Shown: piece by piece, positions 12,401 to 27,400 of the stretch
Position numbering within the stretch: position 1 is the first letter of the stretch
Layout: the number at the start of each line of letters is the position of its first letter
Source of the DNA: Girardia tigrina
Lineage: Eukaryota
Length of the DNA stretch: 64,000 bases
NCBI GenBank assembly: GCA_001938485.1
Contig: MQRK01199368.1
Span: forward strand, 10,761-74,760
Direction: 5' to 3'
Position numbers and translations under genes: made by a program
Notes under the pieces: model-generated
Database searches by the model: none
What the model saw: the letters and a program-made list of their open reading frames with translations, nothing else
Told to the model about the DNA's origin: nothing

Positions 12401-15400
12401 TAGAAAATTCATACGACTTATTAAATAAATCCTTCAACACATTGTCGGATAAATATAAAGAGACTCGCGATTTGTTAGAGACCTCTCATCAGCAGAATAT
12501 TAATCTCAGTGAAGCGATTGAAAGAATACGACAAAATGGTAAAAGATTATTTTCTTCATAATTATTTTTCAAATGACGTATTATAATTATTTAAAAACAA
12601 AATTTTTAAAGGTTTTTTTGAAAAATGTTCACAAAATATTTTTTATCAACAAAAAGAATAATTCTTGCTATAAAGATTGGGTAAGTTCACCCAGAACCCT
12701 AAAGCCTTATGTTGTGAAGTGATTTATACTCTGTATGAACAAGTTTAATAAATAAAATAAATCTTTGTATTATTTTTGATAATTTTTTAAAATATAAAAA
12801 ATCTTATTTATATTTAAAACATATCATAATGAACTAAAAAGTTTTTTTAGAAAGTTTTCCTGAAACTAGGAATGTTTTAATATTAAAAGCTGAAGCTTTT
12901 AAAAAAATAAATAGACAGTCATATCCATGAGGTGTGACACTAAAAACATGGTAGCAAAACGTGCTGAGATTGTCATATTACATTGTGCGGACCACCTTGA
13001 CGATAAAATTTCCGAGCAATTGCGATGGTCTATGCAAACAGTAGATCGAGTCCGCCAACTATTGGCTGCCAACAATAACCTGAAAAAAATGCCAAAGAGT
13101 GGTTAAAAATAAATAATAAACCTATCTCATTTCAGAAGAAACACCAAGGCCAATCCAGAGCGATCAATCACAGTTTGTGCTTCAAAGTTTGGTGTTCACT
13201 AGAATCAGATCAGTTATGCATTGAATAAACTTGGTAACAATAGTCTTATGATGATCAAGAGACCTTTGCTAATCAATGTGATTAATCAAAATCGCTTTGA
13301 ACGGTGTTAGGCCCTTTTGAAAGACATGAAATCCCTTCCACCTGGATTTGTATTCTTATATTCTTGCGACATTCTGGATGGGATCAAAGGAAGTTTTGAT
13401 TCTCTAAAAAACGTCTTTGTATCTGAAAAATCTTTCTTCACGGTTCGTTCTACGCTTACTAACAAGTGAAATGTGGGAAAACAGATTCAGTTTGGTGTGG
13501 AAGATCTCATGAAATTCAAAAAAGTAGGAGATTTTTTTTCTGCAAAATATTGTGACCGTTGACAAAACCTTGCTCTATCTCTATTTACCTGACATTAAAC
13601 AGGCAGGGGTTTAAGGAATATAAATTCCCAAATGAGAAGAGCATTTGCCTCACGATTTTTTGGGATTTTCATGGCGTGGTTTCAATAGATTTTGCTGTCA
13701 AGGATGAAAAAATAACTCCTGTTTTTATGATGAGTAAGTCCAGAAACCCAGGAAGTCTAGACGAAAATCCCTCAAATGCAATATCTATCTTCTGAATAAT
13801 GCACCAATACACACAAGTGCATTATCTACAAGCAAAATCGAGAAAGTGGGTTTCCACAGTCTTCCACACCAATCTTATTCACCTGACTTATCACTGTAGG
13901 AATTTTTATTTATTCCTTAGTAAAAAGTTAACAAAGTTACAATTTTTAGGCTAGGGAATCCTCATTAGGTAATAGTCTATCCAATCATTCAATAACGTTA
14001 ACTTTTAGGTATTTTATTTCATTAAATATTTGATGAGTATTTATTATGTAAGTCATGTTAATATTCTCGCAAACACTTTTCAGAATCACAGTTGCCAGAA
14101 AATTTATTTTAATCTTAATTCTTATTCACGTTAAGTACGTCAACCCAGTGGCGTAGCAACTCTTATTGGTGTCCGGCGTGGTCTAAGATTTGCCGCCCCC
14201 TGCGTTGATAGCCCATTATCCGGAACCCTTAAATGCCAAAAATTAAATAGATTGCTGTAATTCTTAGTTTTAAACTGCTTACTTTTATTTGATATTCTTC
14301 TTGCAATACTCTTATTCTTATTTTAAAATTTACGACGTTACGAAGTCATTTCTAAATTTACCATTTTAATTAAAATTTACAAGCAAGCTTTTCGCACTTT
14401 CATTTCTGCAAATTTATTGATAAAAGTATTAAAACTTAGTTCAGTAGCAAGCAAAAAATGCAGCTCCCCTTGCTACGCCACTGCGTCAACCACAAACTAA
14501 AAATTATAAAAATTTTTTGTGGTGTTGCTTTTACTTTTTTTTTACCCATCTTTTATTATTGGTGTGATTCAAATTATTCATTTCATAATCCATCTCTGAT
14601 CTCTTCTTCTAGTTAGATTTAATTCTTATTAGTCCTTGTAGAGACAAAAATGTTTTACTCTCAAAAAGAGTTTTCGAAGGATCAAAAATTGTTAATGAAA
14701 GAAAATACCAATGTTTACTTTGATTTAAAAAATAAAATCCTATAAAAATGCCAAACGGTTCTTTTGAATTTGATATTTGTTTTAAGAGTAGGAGAGAAGA
14801 TGGTTGAAATTTATAACGTATAAGTTCATTTTTATTAAAAAAAATTTTAAAAAATATCAATTAATATATTATCAATTATTTTAAGAAAAATCGCTCATTG
14901 AAGAATCACAAAAATTAAGAAGAGTAGGTTCAACTGGATCATTTGGTGATCTTCAAAATAATCTAAATATCAGTACAATTGAAAATTTAAAGAAGCAACT
15001 AAAATTTTGGCAAGAAAAAGCCTCAAAACTTAATGAAATAATTAACTTACAAGATCAAACGTCAGAAAAAGTGAATGTGGTTCAAAATTCAAAGCCGAAA
15101 AATTCTAAAAAGGTAAATACTTTTTTCTTTGATTGAATATTACTAGTAAAATAAAAACATTTTACGTTTTATTATATTTTAAATTTATTTTCTTTTAACT
15201 GAACATCGGTAATAGGTAAAAATACCGAGAAAAGATATTGAGAATACATATTTGTAGGTTGCGAGCATTATGTATTTTAGTATTTCATATACGTACTTTT
15301 CAATTTCTTTATCAACTTTAATAAAGTGTATTAGTTAAATATTTTTAAATCCTGTAAAATATCAAAATTTCGTGATATTTAATGTTGGAAAAATTGATAT

Positions 15401-18400
15401 TTTGTTGTTGTTGTTGCCATATGGCAACAGATTTGAAAAATTAAATTACAGTTATCTCTTTTACCAAATTTAAATTTTACACATAGTAATAGTTTCTAAA
15501 AAGTCTAATAGATGACACTACATATATTAGAATGCAAAAAAGCGCTATTCTCACTTGTTCCTTAGCAATTTAAATCAACATTGTAACGGATATTCAATGC
15601 TCCAATATTTTGCTTAAATAATAATTTGGGCTGGACAGGGTTAAGTATTATTGATATTTTTAACATGAAGAAATAGAATGACAATTACGAAATGCTTAAA
15701 TTTATGCATCTACCATTTAAATATGTAATGTGAAAATTATAAGGGGTTAATATAAATTTTTATCTCGCCTGAGTAGTTTATTATTTTTTTAATTTAAAGG
15801 GTAAAATATTTTTATGTTAATATGCTTATTCTATATTTTAAAATTAAAAATGATATAATAAAACAACTATTAAAAAATCAAAAACGTTTTTAAAAATAAA
15901 ATATTTTTTAATGTGTTTTTAAATATTTAAAAAAAATTAAAAATGATATAANNNNNNNNNNNNNNNNNNNNNNNNNNNNNNNNNNNNNNNNNNNNNNNNN
16001 NNNNNNNNNNNNNNNNNNNNNNNNNNNNNNNNNNNNNNNNNNNNNNNNNNNNNNNNNNNNNNNNNNNNNNNNNNNNNNNNNNNNNNNNNNNNNNNNNNNN
16101 NNNNNNNATAATTTTTGAAATAAATTTTCGAAATAAATTTTCAGGATTTTAAAAATTAAATCGAAAAGAATTTAATAGATTAATTTGGGTCGAGATAATT
16201 AAATTAACATGAAAATTTGTTTTAAATATATGAATTGTTATATAAATAAATGTTGGTGTTAAAAAAATGAATCCTGATATTGAGGTTGCAACCACTTCTC
16301 ACAAAAATAATTTATTTTATTACAGATGTTTCCAAGTTATGCTTTAGGAAATTTGAAAATAAGAATTGTAAAAAAATAGTTTTACTCTTTTATCACAGGA
16401 ATTAAACAGAAATAACTGGGACAAACTTGTTCAAATCAGAATGTTTTCGACATTTAGCTTTTTGATTTAATTTATTTTTTATTAGATTATTCAACACGTT
16501 TTTGTGTGTAATTTTTCTTTAGATTGGAAATAAAATATTCATAATTGAACCGTAGAATGCTTTAAATTGACGAACTTTAAATAGATGATAACTTACTCGA
16601 TCAAGGAAGAAAACGGTAAATGAATACCTATTGGAAACAGAAAAAAAGAAGATACGCGCCATCTGGATTTTACATGTGTCGATAAGAAAAAATGCTCTTT
16701 AAAGGGGAATCGCTCGTGAATTTGTTCGAATGATAGCAGATAGGAACTTAATGTCTTCACATACAAGGTAGAATAACGATATATTCTCTTCGATGAGAAC
16801 AAGATAAGAAGGTATGAGAGATTTCGAGAACTGTTCAAGCGGGTCACATCTATGATTTGAGAGAAAACTCATTTTTCCAATGACAATCATTTCTCAGTGA
16901 AGCAAAGCTACAGTGTTTCAAACGATCAATTTGAGGAACAATGATTACATTGTTCAACATCTTCACAAATTAAGATATTTGATAATATGTGACAATATTG
17001 CTTAAGGTGAAAAACTCTCCCGATATTCATTGGTTCTGAGGTACAAATAAACAAAGCTGTTTATAAAAAGGATATTTTCGAAGATATGGTACTTCTCTGG
17101 GCCAAAAAGAATTATGAGAAAAGATTTATGAACCTTTAAGCAAGATTAAAAAAATAATTATACTAGCAAAACCACCCAGGACTGGTGTTTGGGTAATCTT
17201 CTTGACTTAATCTTGGCTCAAGAATAATCTCCGTACCAATGTGATCTTAAACCTTTGAAGTACAGTGTCTAGTTGATTTTAAAATCAAGGGTCTGTTCTA
17301 AGTCACACGAGCGTTTAGAGATTCTCAAGTGATCACCGTGCATGTAATCGGATAAAATCACAGTGTTGGAGTTGCTGCCCATCGAAAAAAAGCATTTTGA
17401 AAACTAAAGCCCTAATTAACTGTTTATGACCTTTGCTAAATAAATAGTATTCGGTTTTATTGAACAACTTGAAAATCAATGAAAATGTTTAACGATGCTA
17501 TTTCTGATCAGCTTGTATGATTTCTTATATTAGTAATTATCTTAGCAAATATTGTTGGAACAAATAAACATCCTGATTATGTTTTCTAACGACAGATATT
17601 AGTCACAATATATTCATACGAGTCTAATATATATGTATATATATAGATATTCAATAACTTATAACGTCAATGAAAGAAATAAAGAACAAAAACACCATTT
17701 ATCCATATAAAATTTATTTTTGACAACATGTTTCACCTTTACAGGCATTTTAATGTCTTCTGTTTGAAGTTTGTAAAGTAAAAATCTTCAGGAATTTAAA
17801 AGGTACTATTAAAGAACATCAATCATAGATTTAGAGCAAGAATTAATTTCACAACAAATAAAACTTCCCGATACTTTACGAAAAAAATCCATAACTACAT
17901 TAGGAATTAAGACAAACCTAATTTACTAATTTACATGTCACAAGTGCCAAGCCTTGTACATTGGAGAAACAGATTGTCATCTCCGTAATAGGGTGGCTAA
18001 ACATTCTCAACAGAGCTGGAAAAGTTCAATTCTTGAACATCTGACTAGATTTAAAGATCGGGAAACTGTCAATTGGGAGAGTGAAATCACAGGAGCACTT
18101 CTAATAAAGCAGTTCGTACCATGCTTGAAGGTGCAAAGTGAAACATCCAATCACATCAATATATTTTAATGACATAAATAAATTAATCAACAAGTTACAC
18201 AGTACTACTTACATATTAGGTGTACAACTAATTAATTTCGTATTTGTTACGAAATAACCTTATATTCGTATTTGTTACCTCATTTCATATTTGTTACCTC
18301 ATTTCGAATTTGTTACTAACCTCATATCTATTTNNNNNNNNNNNNNNNNNNNNNNNTGAATTTTAGTAAACACACAAATTTTTTTTATTACAGTCAAAAT

Positions 18401-21400
18401 GTCAAATTACGTTCCAACAAAACAGCATTTGCGGGGAGGTTTGCTTTTGTTCTTTAATTTAAGGAAAAGTGCAACCGAAGCACATCGTTTACTATCAGAA
18501 GCTTATCCTGAATATGCTCCAAAGGTTAGAGTATGTCAGCAGTGGTTTGCACGATTTAAAAGTGGCGATTTTGACACAGAAGACAAAGAGCGATCAGGTC
18601 CATCAAAAAAGTTNNNNNNNNNNNNNNNNNNNNNNNNNNNNNNNNNNNNNNNNNNNNNNNNNNNNNNNNNNNNNNNNNNNNNNNNNNNNNNNNNNNNNNN
18701 NNNNNNNNNNNNNNNNNNNNNNNNNNNNNNNNNNNNNNNNNNNNNNNNNNNNNNNNNNNNNNNNNNNNNNNNNNNNNNNNNNNNNNNNNNNNNNNNNNNN
18801 NNNNNNNNNNNNNNNNNNNNNNNNNNNNNNNNNNNNNNNNNNNNNNNNNNNNNNNNNNNNNNNNNNNNNNNNNNNNNNNNNNNNNNNNNNNNNNNNNNNN
18901 NNNNNNNNNNNNNNNNNNNNNNNNNNNNNNNNNNNNNNNNNNNNNNNNNNNNNNNNNNNNNNNNNNNNNNNNNNNNNNNNNNNNNNNNNNNNNNNNNNNN
19001 NNNNNNNNNNNNNNNNNNNNNNNNNNNNNNNNNNNNNNNNNNNNNNNNNNNNNNNNNNNNNNNNNNNNNNNNNNNNNNNNNNNNNNNNNNNNNNNNNNNN
19101 NNNNNNNNNNNNNNNNNNNNNNNNNNNNNNNNNNNNNNNNNNTGGGATGAAATCCATAAATTGCCTGACAGATGGGAAAAAGTTGCCGCTTCCGATGGAC
19201 AATATTTTGAATAAAATATTTTTTCACTTTTATACTTAAATAAATGGTTTTTTTAACAAAAGAATACGAAATTAATTAGTTGTACACCCAATAACAACCT
19301 AGAAAGTATAAAATAAAATTACTTTTCAAATCTCAAACAGAAAACCTGAAGATGCCTGTAAAGGTGAAACATGTTAAAAATACATTTAATATTGAAAAAT
19401 GGCGTTTATATATATGTATATATATATATATGTATATTGTGAAGTGTATATGTCTATAAATAACGAATATACTCCAAAATTATCTCATAGATAGCGACCA
19501 AACTTCTGAAAGTTGTTGTGCACATGCCCAAAACGATTTCTGCAAAAGAATTTCACATCACACCGGATGTGGTTTACTAAGTGGCATGGAAGCATACATT
19601 CATATCTGTTCCTAAACAACCTCAGGAAGGATGTCGGGACCAAATGCTTTTTGAAAAAACATTATCATTTATGTCTACAACAATATTTTAAATTTTGGTC
19701 GGAATCCATGCATTAGTTTTGAGTTTAATTGTAATATACATTTAGTATATCAGATGTATAGTTGTAAATATCAAATCTATGAAATTTATAAATATTATAC
19801 AATACATTTAATTTTTATTTTTTTCTGATTATTTAATGAAAAAAAGTTTTCTAAATTATATTGACAACCAGAGAGCATTCAGGAAACGATCAAGATCAAA
19901 ATCAAGATCGTAAAGTAAAATATAATATTTTATTAAAATATTAAAATTACAATGAAAATTATTTTTTTGTCTATGTAGAAAAGTTCCAATTCTATGAAGC
20001 GATACAACAAAGTAATCGTTAGAAGTCATTCTTTGGAGAACTCTCAAAGGGTTTTATATATATAAATAAATAATTTGTGCTTAATATAATATAATAGGCG
20101 TCAAAGGAAAATGAATATTCCAAATTAAAAATGGAAAAAGAACAAATGAAAAATCTGTTGAACAATTTAGAGCATCAAATATTTGAAGTAAAAATTTTGA
20201 TTGAAAAGTAAAAATACTTTTATCTTTTTTTACAGATACAAAATAATATTGTTAAAATTAGTAATGAAAAACAAAAATTTAAGCAATTATATTTAGAAGT
20301 AAGTTTGATCGAATTTTAATTGTTTTTTGCATATTTACTAAAATAAAAAATGAATAAACGATATTTTTTAACTTTTGTAAAACAAAACATGTGTTACTAA
20401 TAATTTGAACTCATCTGAAGATTGTTTTAGTGATTTAAAAGCTTAGTACAATTTGATCAGTCTTATATGAAGATGAGGAGATCAACTTCTTGAAAGACTA
20501 GATAACTTCATTGATAGGAAAGGGGTTCAACTGTTAATGTTACAAAAACCTTGAGCTAGAAATAAGATTTTCAGAACAGTTTTTTTATAAAAATAAGTGT
20601 TATTATGCTTTTTTTGTTTTATGTTTTTACTTTTTTTAACTTATTTATGAAAAATTATTTAAGTACTACTTATTGTTAAAGAATTCAATTTCTTATTACG
20701 TTTCTTCTCTGACGCTTTGACTCCGGTTGTTTCTCTTCCGGTCTTTTCTCAACTGAAAATGATCTCAATATTCTCTTTCAACGCTTCTCCTCCATTAAAA
20801 AATATAAATTCTTAAAAATTAAAGTTTATAATTATTTCATAAAAACATAATTTGTATAAATTGAAGAATAGTAATATCATAAAATCTATGGATTTTGTAT
20901 AAATTCTGCCCATAGGGACGGAATTTTTATAAGTGTAGTTTTAAAATGAAATAAATAATTAAACTATTTTAAATAAAATTCACCCATTCCAGGTACTTTT
21001 TATGAATACACAGTAAGGAACCTTGTAAATGCCAATGTTACTGAAAATATTTTATTCTTTAAATCAAGAAGTATATTAAAATCAATGATGCTGTGTTCTC
21101 AATGTCATCATCTAAGGCTATGAACTAAGAAGGAAACATCCTTGGATGAATATGTCTGAAAAGGCCAAATATAAACTTGTTCTAAATACAAAACAACCTT
21201 GACTATAAGAACAGTTTCTTTCATTGATAATTTTAAGATCTTGGTTAGATGCTGTCTACTGATGATCAAATGAAGAGTCTATAGTTTTAATTTTAATTTA
21301 TTTGTGTTTGGGGGCAGAAGTTTTATAAGTCTAATTTTAAGGGCAGGACTTTAACAAGTGTAACTTAAGGGTGGGAATTTTAATAAGTGTTGTTTATGGG

Positions 21401-24400
21401 CAAAATTTTTTCCATACTAAAATTGTAAGCCAATCCACGCAAATATTCCAAATTTCTCGCCTTTCAAAGTTATGGACAATTTTTAAAATGCCTTCATCAT
21501 TAATTCCTGAGAAGAGAACCGTCCAAAATAGAAATGACCGGAGGAGAAATGGCCAGAGTAGAAATAAACATAGAAAAAATTTCGTGGAGAAATGATACGT
21601 AACCTTAAATTATCCATTGTTAATTTAAGATAGATGACCTCTACTCTCATCGCCTACCATCTAAATCAGAACTACCAAAACATTGTATATAATTGAGAGA
21701 AATTTCGTTGAGAATTGTTTTCTTCCACTGAAATTTAATTAAATCGTTATCACATACACCTCATAAAAATGGTTAATAAGTTTTTAAATTTATTTTATAT
21801 AAGTTTCCTAAATTTTAAAACTTTTTATTGATACGGTTTTTATTTACATGTTTGTGATATTGATGTATTAAATGTTCAAATGTATCTTTTTAATTTAGAT
21901 TTAATTTGTAATAGTTTTTTTATTAAATTACACGCAGATTAAATGTAGATTGTTTTAGAGACCGTCTAACGACAACAGTCGCCAATGTTCGATCAACCAC
22001 CATTCTCTCTTATACATATGATCGACTAATAATAATTAAATTTGAATAAAAAAACTATTTAAATTTAAATAAAACAACTATCATCAATTAAATCTAAATA
22101 AAAAAGATACATTTGAACATTAAATCTGTTAGAATTGATGGGCACTCCATCACCCAGAACGTGCGAAACCATATCAAAATATAACAAAACTAATTTAACT
22201 TGAAAAATTTAATTTATCATGATAAATTTTAATTTAACTAATTTAATTACTAACTAATTCTAATTTTAATTTATTCTTAATTTACTTATAAAATTTAATT
22301 TCTCATTATAAATTTTAATTTAACTAATTATTCTATTCTTCATCTAATTATTAAATTTAACTCTCTATCTTAATTAAATTTTAATTTACTTAATTTATTC
22401 TTATTTCTTTTCCTTCTATTCTCGTCAATGTTGTGCAAATAATCTCATCTTGCATTTCCACTCTAACTCACACATTTTCTTCTGATCACTTACTCTCTAA
22501 CGAAATCAATATCATAAACATGTAAATAAAAACCGTTTCAATAAACTTTTAAAAATTTAGAAAACCTATAAAGAATAAATTTTAAAACTCATTAACCATT
22601 TTTTTACAAATTTAAGGGAATATTTAATTTGAAATATTCTCAGGGGAATATAATGTATTTTTTGTCATTTTTTGGACATTTTACCGCTTATGGTCGTATG
22701 TTTAAGCTTCTTAAATTGCGTTATTAAACTTATTTTTAGAAAAAAGAAAAGTTAGATAAATCGGAATCGATGGTATCAATTTTAGAGACACAAATGGATG
22801 AGAAGTTAAAGGAGATCACAAAGATAACATCCGAAAATGAAAAATATTCACAAAATATAAATATTTTGATCCAAGACAATAAACGTTATCAACTATTGAA
22901 TCAGGTTAATTTTTTATGTTTTAATATATGATTTAATTTTTGTTTCTTTTATCAAAAATTATTTATTTGAATAAAATTTTCAATTATTATTTATTATTTT
23001 TAAATACTGTTTTTATGCGGTCTATTTTATGATTTTTTTAAATTATGCGATTTTTTATTTGCGTGATTTTTTTAGTGTTTTGTTTCGAAAACTATTTTTA
23101 ATAACAATGTAAGAAAAATCACACAACAAATCTGCATAAAAAAGACCGCGTAAAAAGGTTTGACTATAGAAGCTATAAAAGAGTTTAATTGACAAGAAAA
23201 GTTTGATATAAATATGTAAGATTGAAATCTTTGTAAAACTTCTTTTGTAAGTGGTTGTTGTAAGTTGTTGGATATTAAAAAATAATCTGATTCAATTATT
23301 TTGTCAATATTACTTTAATTTTTATTACGTTTCATTTGTTTGTTTGTCTGTCTGGATGCATCAAATCTTGCGATCGAAAATTCACCCACTTCCCGTTCAC
23401 CTAGCGACATGAAACTTTCAGGACTGATGTATTCTAGGTGACAATACACTTTTTCACTGTCACTGCTCATCTACCGCCTTTAGTTTAATTAAATTGGCGT
23501 TCTCATGTTTTCCTTAGTTTGAAATTTGCTATATCTAAATGCAAATAGGATGCGGGTTTTCGCCTAGTGGGCTTTGATAATTCAGTCAAAAAAATGTGGG
23601 AAGTGGGTGAAATAGATACAGAACCGCTAACATATGACAAATTATAAAAGCTTGTACACCAAAATTTTTTTTGGTATCATTATACTTATTTAATTCATCT
23701 AGAAGAAAAAGATACTTTCATTATAGAAAATAAACAAAATATAAAAGTATTAGTAATTTTGATGGTAAGAAAAATGAAACTTCAATAAAATAATCAAGAC
23801 ATTCAAAAAAAAGTTTAACCGAAATTGTTAACAAGAATTAGTGATACATTGGGAAGGTAAGTTGCTATAAGTATTCACTGGTTTTTCAAAAGTAGATATA
23901 CTATCAATAAAAGGATTTTTTCAGACATTGTATAGATTTGATAGATATGTCAAAGTCTTTGTTTAAGGTTCCATCTAGTCTATTAAGCAAATATGCATTT
24001 TTAAAGATAATCTTAAGATCTTCCACGTTAATGTCCTGGTATAAATAAGACAACTCTTGTTCTTTCTATTTCAGAAAAATTGAAACACAGGCTACCCTTC
24101 TCAATAAATTCTTTATAGCATCAGATAATATATTCTATGTACCCTCGTAGCAATATTCATATCATGCAGTACAATCAATAATGCGTTGATATTGAGTTAC
24201 AATGATCCCCTTTGAAGCTGTTTGAGTAGGTTGTAATTGAAGAATAATATGTTCCATGTCATAAACTTACTTCAATGCAAATCATTTTACTCCGTTCGTC
24301 CATGATTTTCAATTTATTTAATAAAATCGCTATAATCGAGGATGAGCGGATCAGGTATGAATGAACCATGGTCAGGTAGACCTGGAATGGCGATCGAAAT

Positions 24401-27400
24401 CGGGAATACGAATTAATGAGAATATTAGTTATTACAAATAATTTGCAATTATAATTAACATTAGATAAAATGAAAAATGTTTTGCTTAAAAGAATTTATC
24501 AGAAAAAATATTATTTTAATAATATTATTCCATTTAATTACCATAACTATTAATAAATATTTGCATCAAATTTTATCATCGATTCTATTTAGAATTTATC
24601 AAAAGAAATAAATGATAATAAAAGCGAACATTTAAATGAAATAAATAATATAAATATAAAGATGAATAATGTTATTGAGGAAAATCGTCAACTTGGTACA
24701 AGATCAAATAACCTGAAAGACAAAATACAAACTCTTGAGACCGAATTTTCCAGTATAGAACAAGATCTAAAAAATAAAAATCAACAAATAAAAGTAATAT
24801 AATTATTATAATATGATCTATTGATCGGAATTTTTCAAGGATCAGTCGGATTTTATAGAAACTTTAAATAATCAGATAAAAAACTCTCAATTACAATTAA
24901 AAGACAAATGTGAAAAAATAAATAATATTAGTAAAGAGTTAACAGAAAGTCAGCAAGAAAACAAAAACTTAAGGAAAACAGCGGAACTCCTTGAAGATCG
25001 ACTGGATTCTAAAACCAAAGAATGTAATGCAACGAAAATGAAAGTAAGAGATAAAGGAGAAGAAATCAATCAGATCAAGGTAATAAAAAAATACTTATTT
25101 TCGTTAAAATTTTCTTTATATCTTAGACTTCTTTTTCAGCTCAAGTAATCAAATTTGAAAATCATTTACAAAATGCCGAACAAATAATATCATCAAAAAT
25201 TAAGTTAATTAATAATTTAGAATTAAAATTGGTGAATAACGAGAAAGAACTGAAGTTAAAAGACGAAGAACTCTTGCAGCTGAAGAAAATGTTAAACTCA
25301 AAAAGTCATGAACATGAAATCTTAATTCACAAATACGAAGAGAGTCAAGACTCAAAACAATATTTGCAAGTATAAATTAAAATTTTATAAAATTAATTTA
25401 ACTGAAATAGAATAAATTACAGTTTATAAAATAATTCTGAAGTCTCTGATTTTTGCTTATCGAAAACAGAATTTTGAATGATTTAAATTTTTTTACTGTA
25501 AAAATGCTTTTAAAAAGTATTCATCACTCAATGAGTAAATAAACTGTTCAATTTTTCGATTTTATAACACTTAATTATATCACATATAATCACTAACTCA
25601 TTTGTGGGCCTCCAATCTCTTTCAAGAATGGTATTGAGCCTATAGGCTCTTTAGATGGTCCACCCAAACCAAATAAATCTATAAACTCCTCGAAAGGCCT
25701 CCTACAGGGACGTCAGCCTTTCGCTTCCGCGCATGCTTTGGCAATCCAGTCATGGATAGTAGTTTGTTGCCATATGTTTTCTCAAATGGCAATTGATAGC
25801 TGCCAATGGTTTGTTTGCGAGAATGAGATTGATTGCATTTAGTGCATTTTTCTTAATTGTAAGGAAAAGTGAAATAAAATTATTTTTATCCAATAATTTA
25901 TTGGATAAATTTTATTTATTTTCGGCAAGTTTCCATATAGTGTACTTGTTTAGTTCATTTTGTGACCTGATGATGGGATTATTATTATCTCGAAACGCGT
26001 CGTCTTCTTTTTATTCCTATTATATAGATTTTACTTTACAATGTATATATATATATATATTATCTATCAAATTTTTATATTAATATATTGTTATAACGTT
26101 TTGTACATATATCAATTAATTTTTGCTTCGTGTTTTTCAGCAACATCTTGACACTATCACAGTCAACAACAATAACAGCATTCACGAAGTCATTGCTCTT
26201 AATCAAACAATTTCTGATTTAAATGCAAAATTAGAAAAGCTGGAAAATGAATTCGCGTTACAGAAGGAATTGTTGATACAAAAAGATGAAAAATTGCTCT
26301 TAAGTGCTTCTGTAAAAAGAGAATTAGAGAGAGAAATAAGTTTAAAAGATGACGAAATTAATAAACATAAAAAATGTATTGCTCAAGCTCGAAGTGAAAT
26401 CGAGGGAAGAGAAGCACAAATTGGATCGTTATTGGACATTGTGGATGAAAAGGAACTGAAAATTTCCAAAATGAATATGACAATCAATGAAAAAGAAAAT
26501 ATGGTATTATATTTTTTATTAATATTCATTATTTAAATCCTAATGAAATTATGGATTATGGTAATAGTCGCAAATAATATATCTTATATCTTTTAAACCC
26601 TTTGGTACGGCTAGAATTTCGCAAGCTTTACGTTATATCTCACGACATCCTTTAGTTATGCTGGATCAGTACTATCTTGGGAGCAATACTCTTAACTGCC
26701 CACTCCAAATGGTTGAATTAGAGCAACACATTAATATATATTTATCTATATTATAACCTAAATATACTAAATTAAATAATAATAACTTTCAAAAAATGTG
26801 GCAAATTCAAATCAATCACCATACCTAACCAAAAACGTGGGGTATAGAAATGATCGATTGTTACTAAAAATCAGTAAAGAGGAAATAGCAGTTACTAATA
26901 GCTGTTAGATTATCTGGGGTTAATTTTAAATATAACCCTCTGGCGATACCTAACAAAGGGGTTATCTAATCAGTTATTGATATTAAATAAGGTTTTCGAC
27001 CGATAAAATTTAATCGATAGTCAATTATTAATTCGATTTAATATTTAATAAATTCAAATCAAATCAAAAGACGAGTTAATTTAGTACGATAATATTTTAA
27101 AATTTACAACAATTACAAATAATCTTTTATCTACAAACAGATTATAACAAAATGTTAGTTAGAAATATGTAAACCCCCTACTTATGCCCTATTTACGTTA
27201 AAGGTCTGGTTCTCGTCCAGAGCCTTCAATATTTGGGGTACGGGTTTATCCCAATTAAAATAATTATAAGAATAATGAGATTATTAATATAAATAAAAAT
27301 TAAAGATTTTAGAGGTTTATGAATTATAATAACCTATAGACAAAGAATTCTCCTTAATCTCCTCCTTTTAGACGTATGGGATTCCTCGAGCAACAGTCAC

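Noticed and set aside
18469-19239. Extra long ORFs across N gaps (also 35360, 39905, 54859, 54866)
   Set aside because: They are open only because of N runs.
19872-19914. Possible extra mini-exon (RAFRKRSRSKSRS or alternative frames)
   Set aside because: The attractive frame does not splice in phase to exon 4, and the gene model is complete without it.
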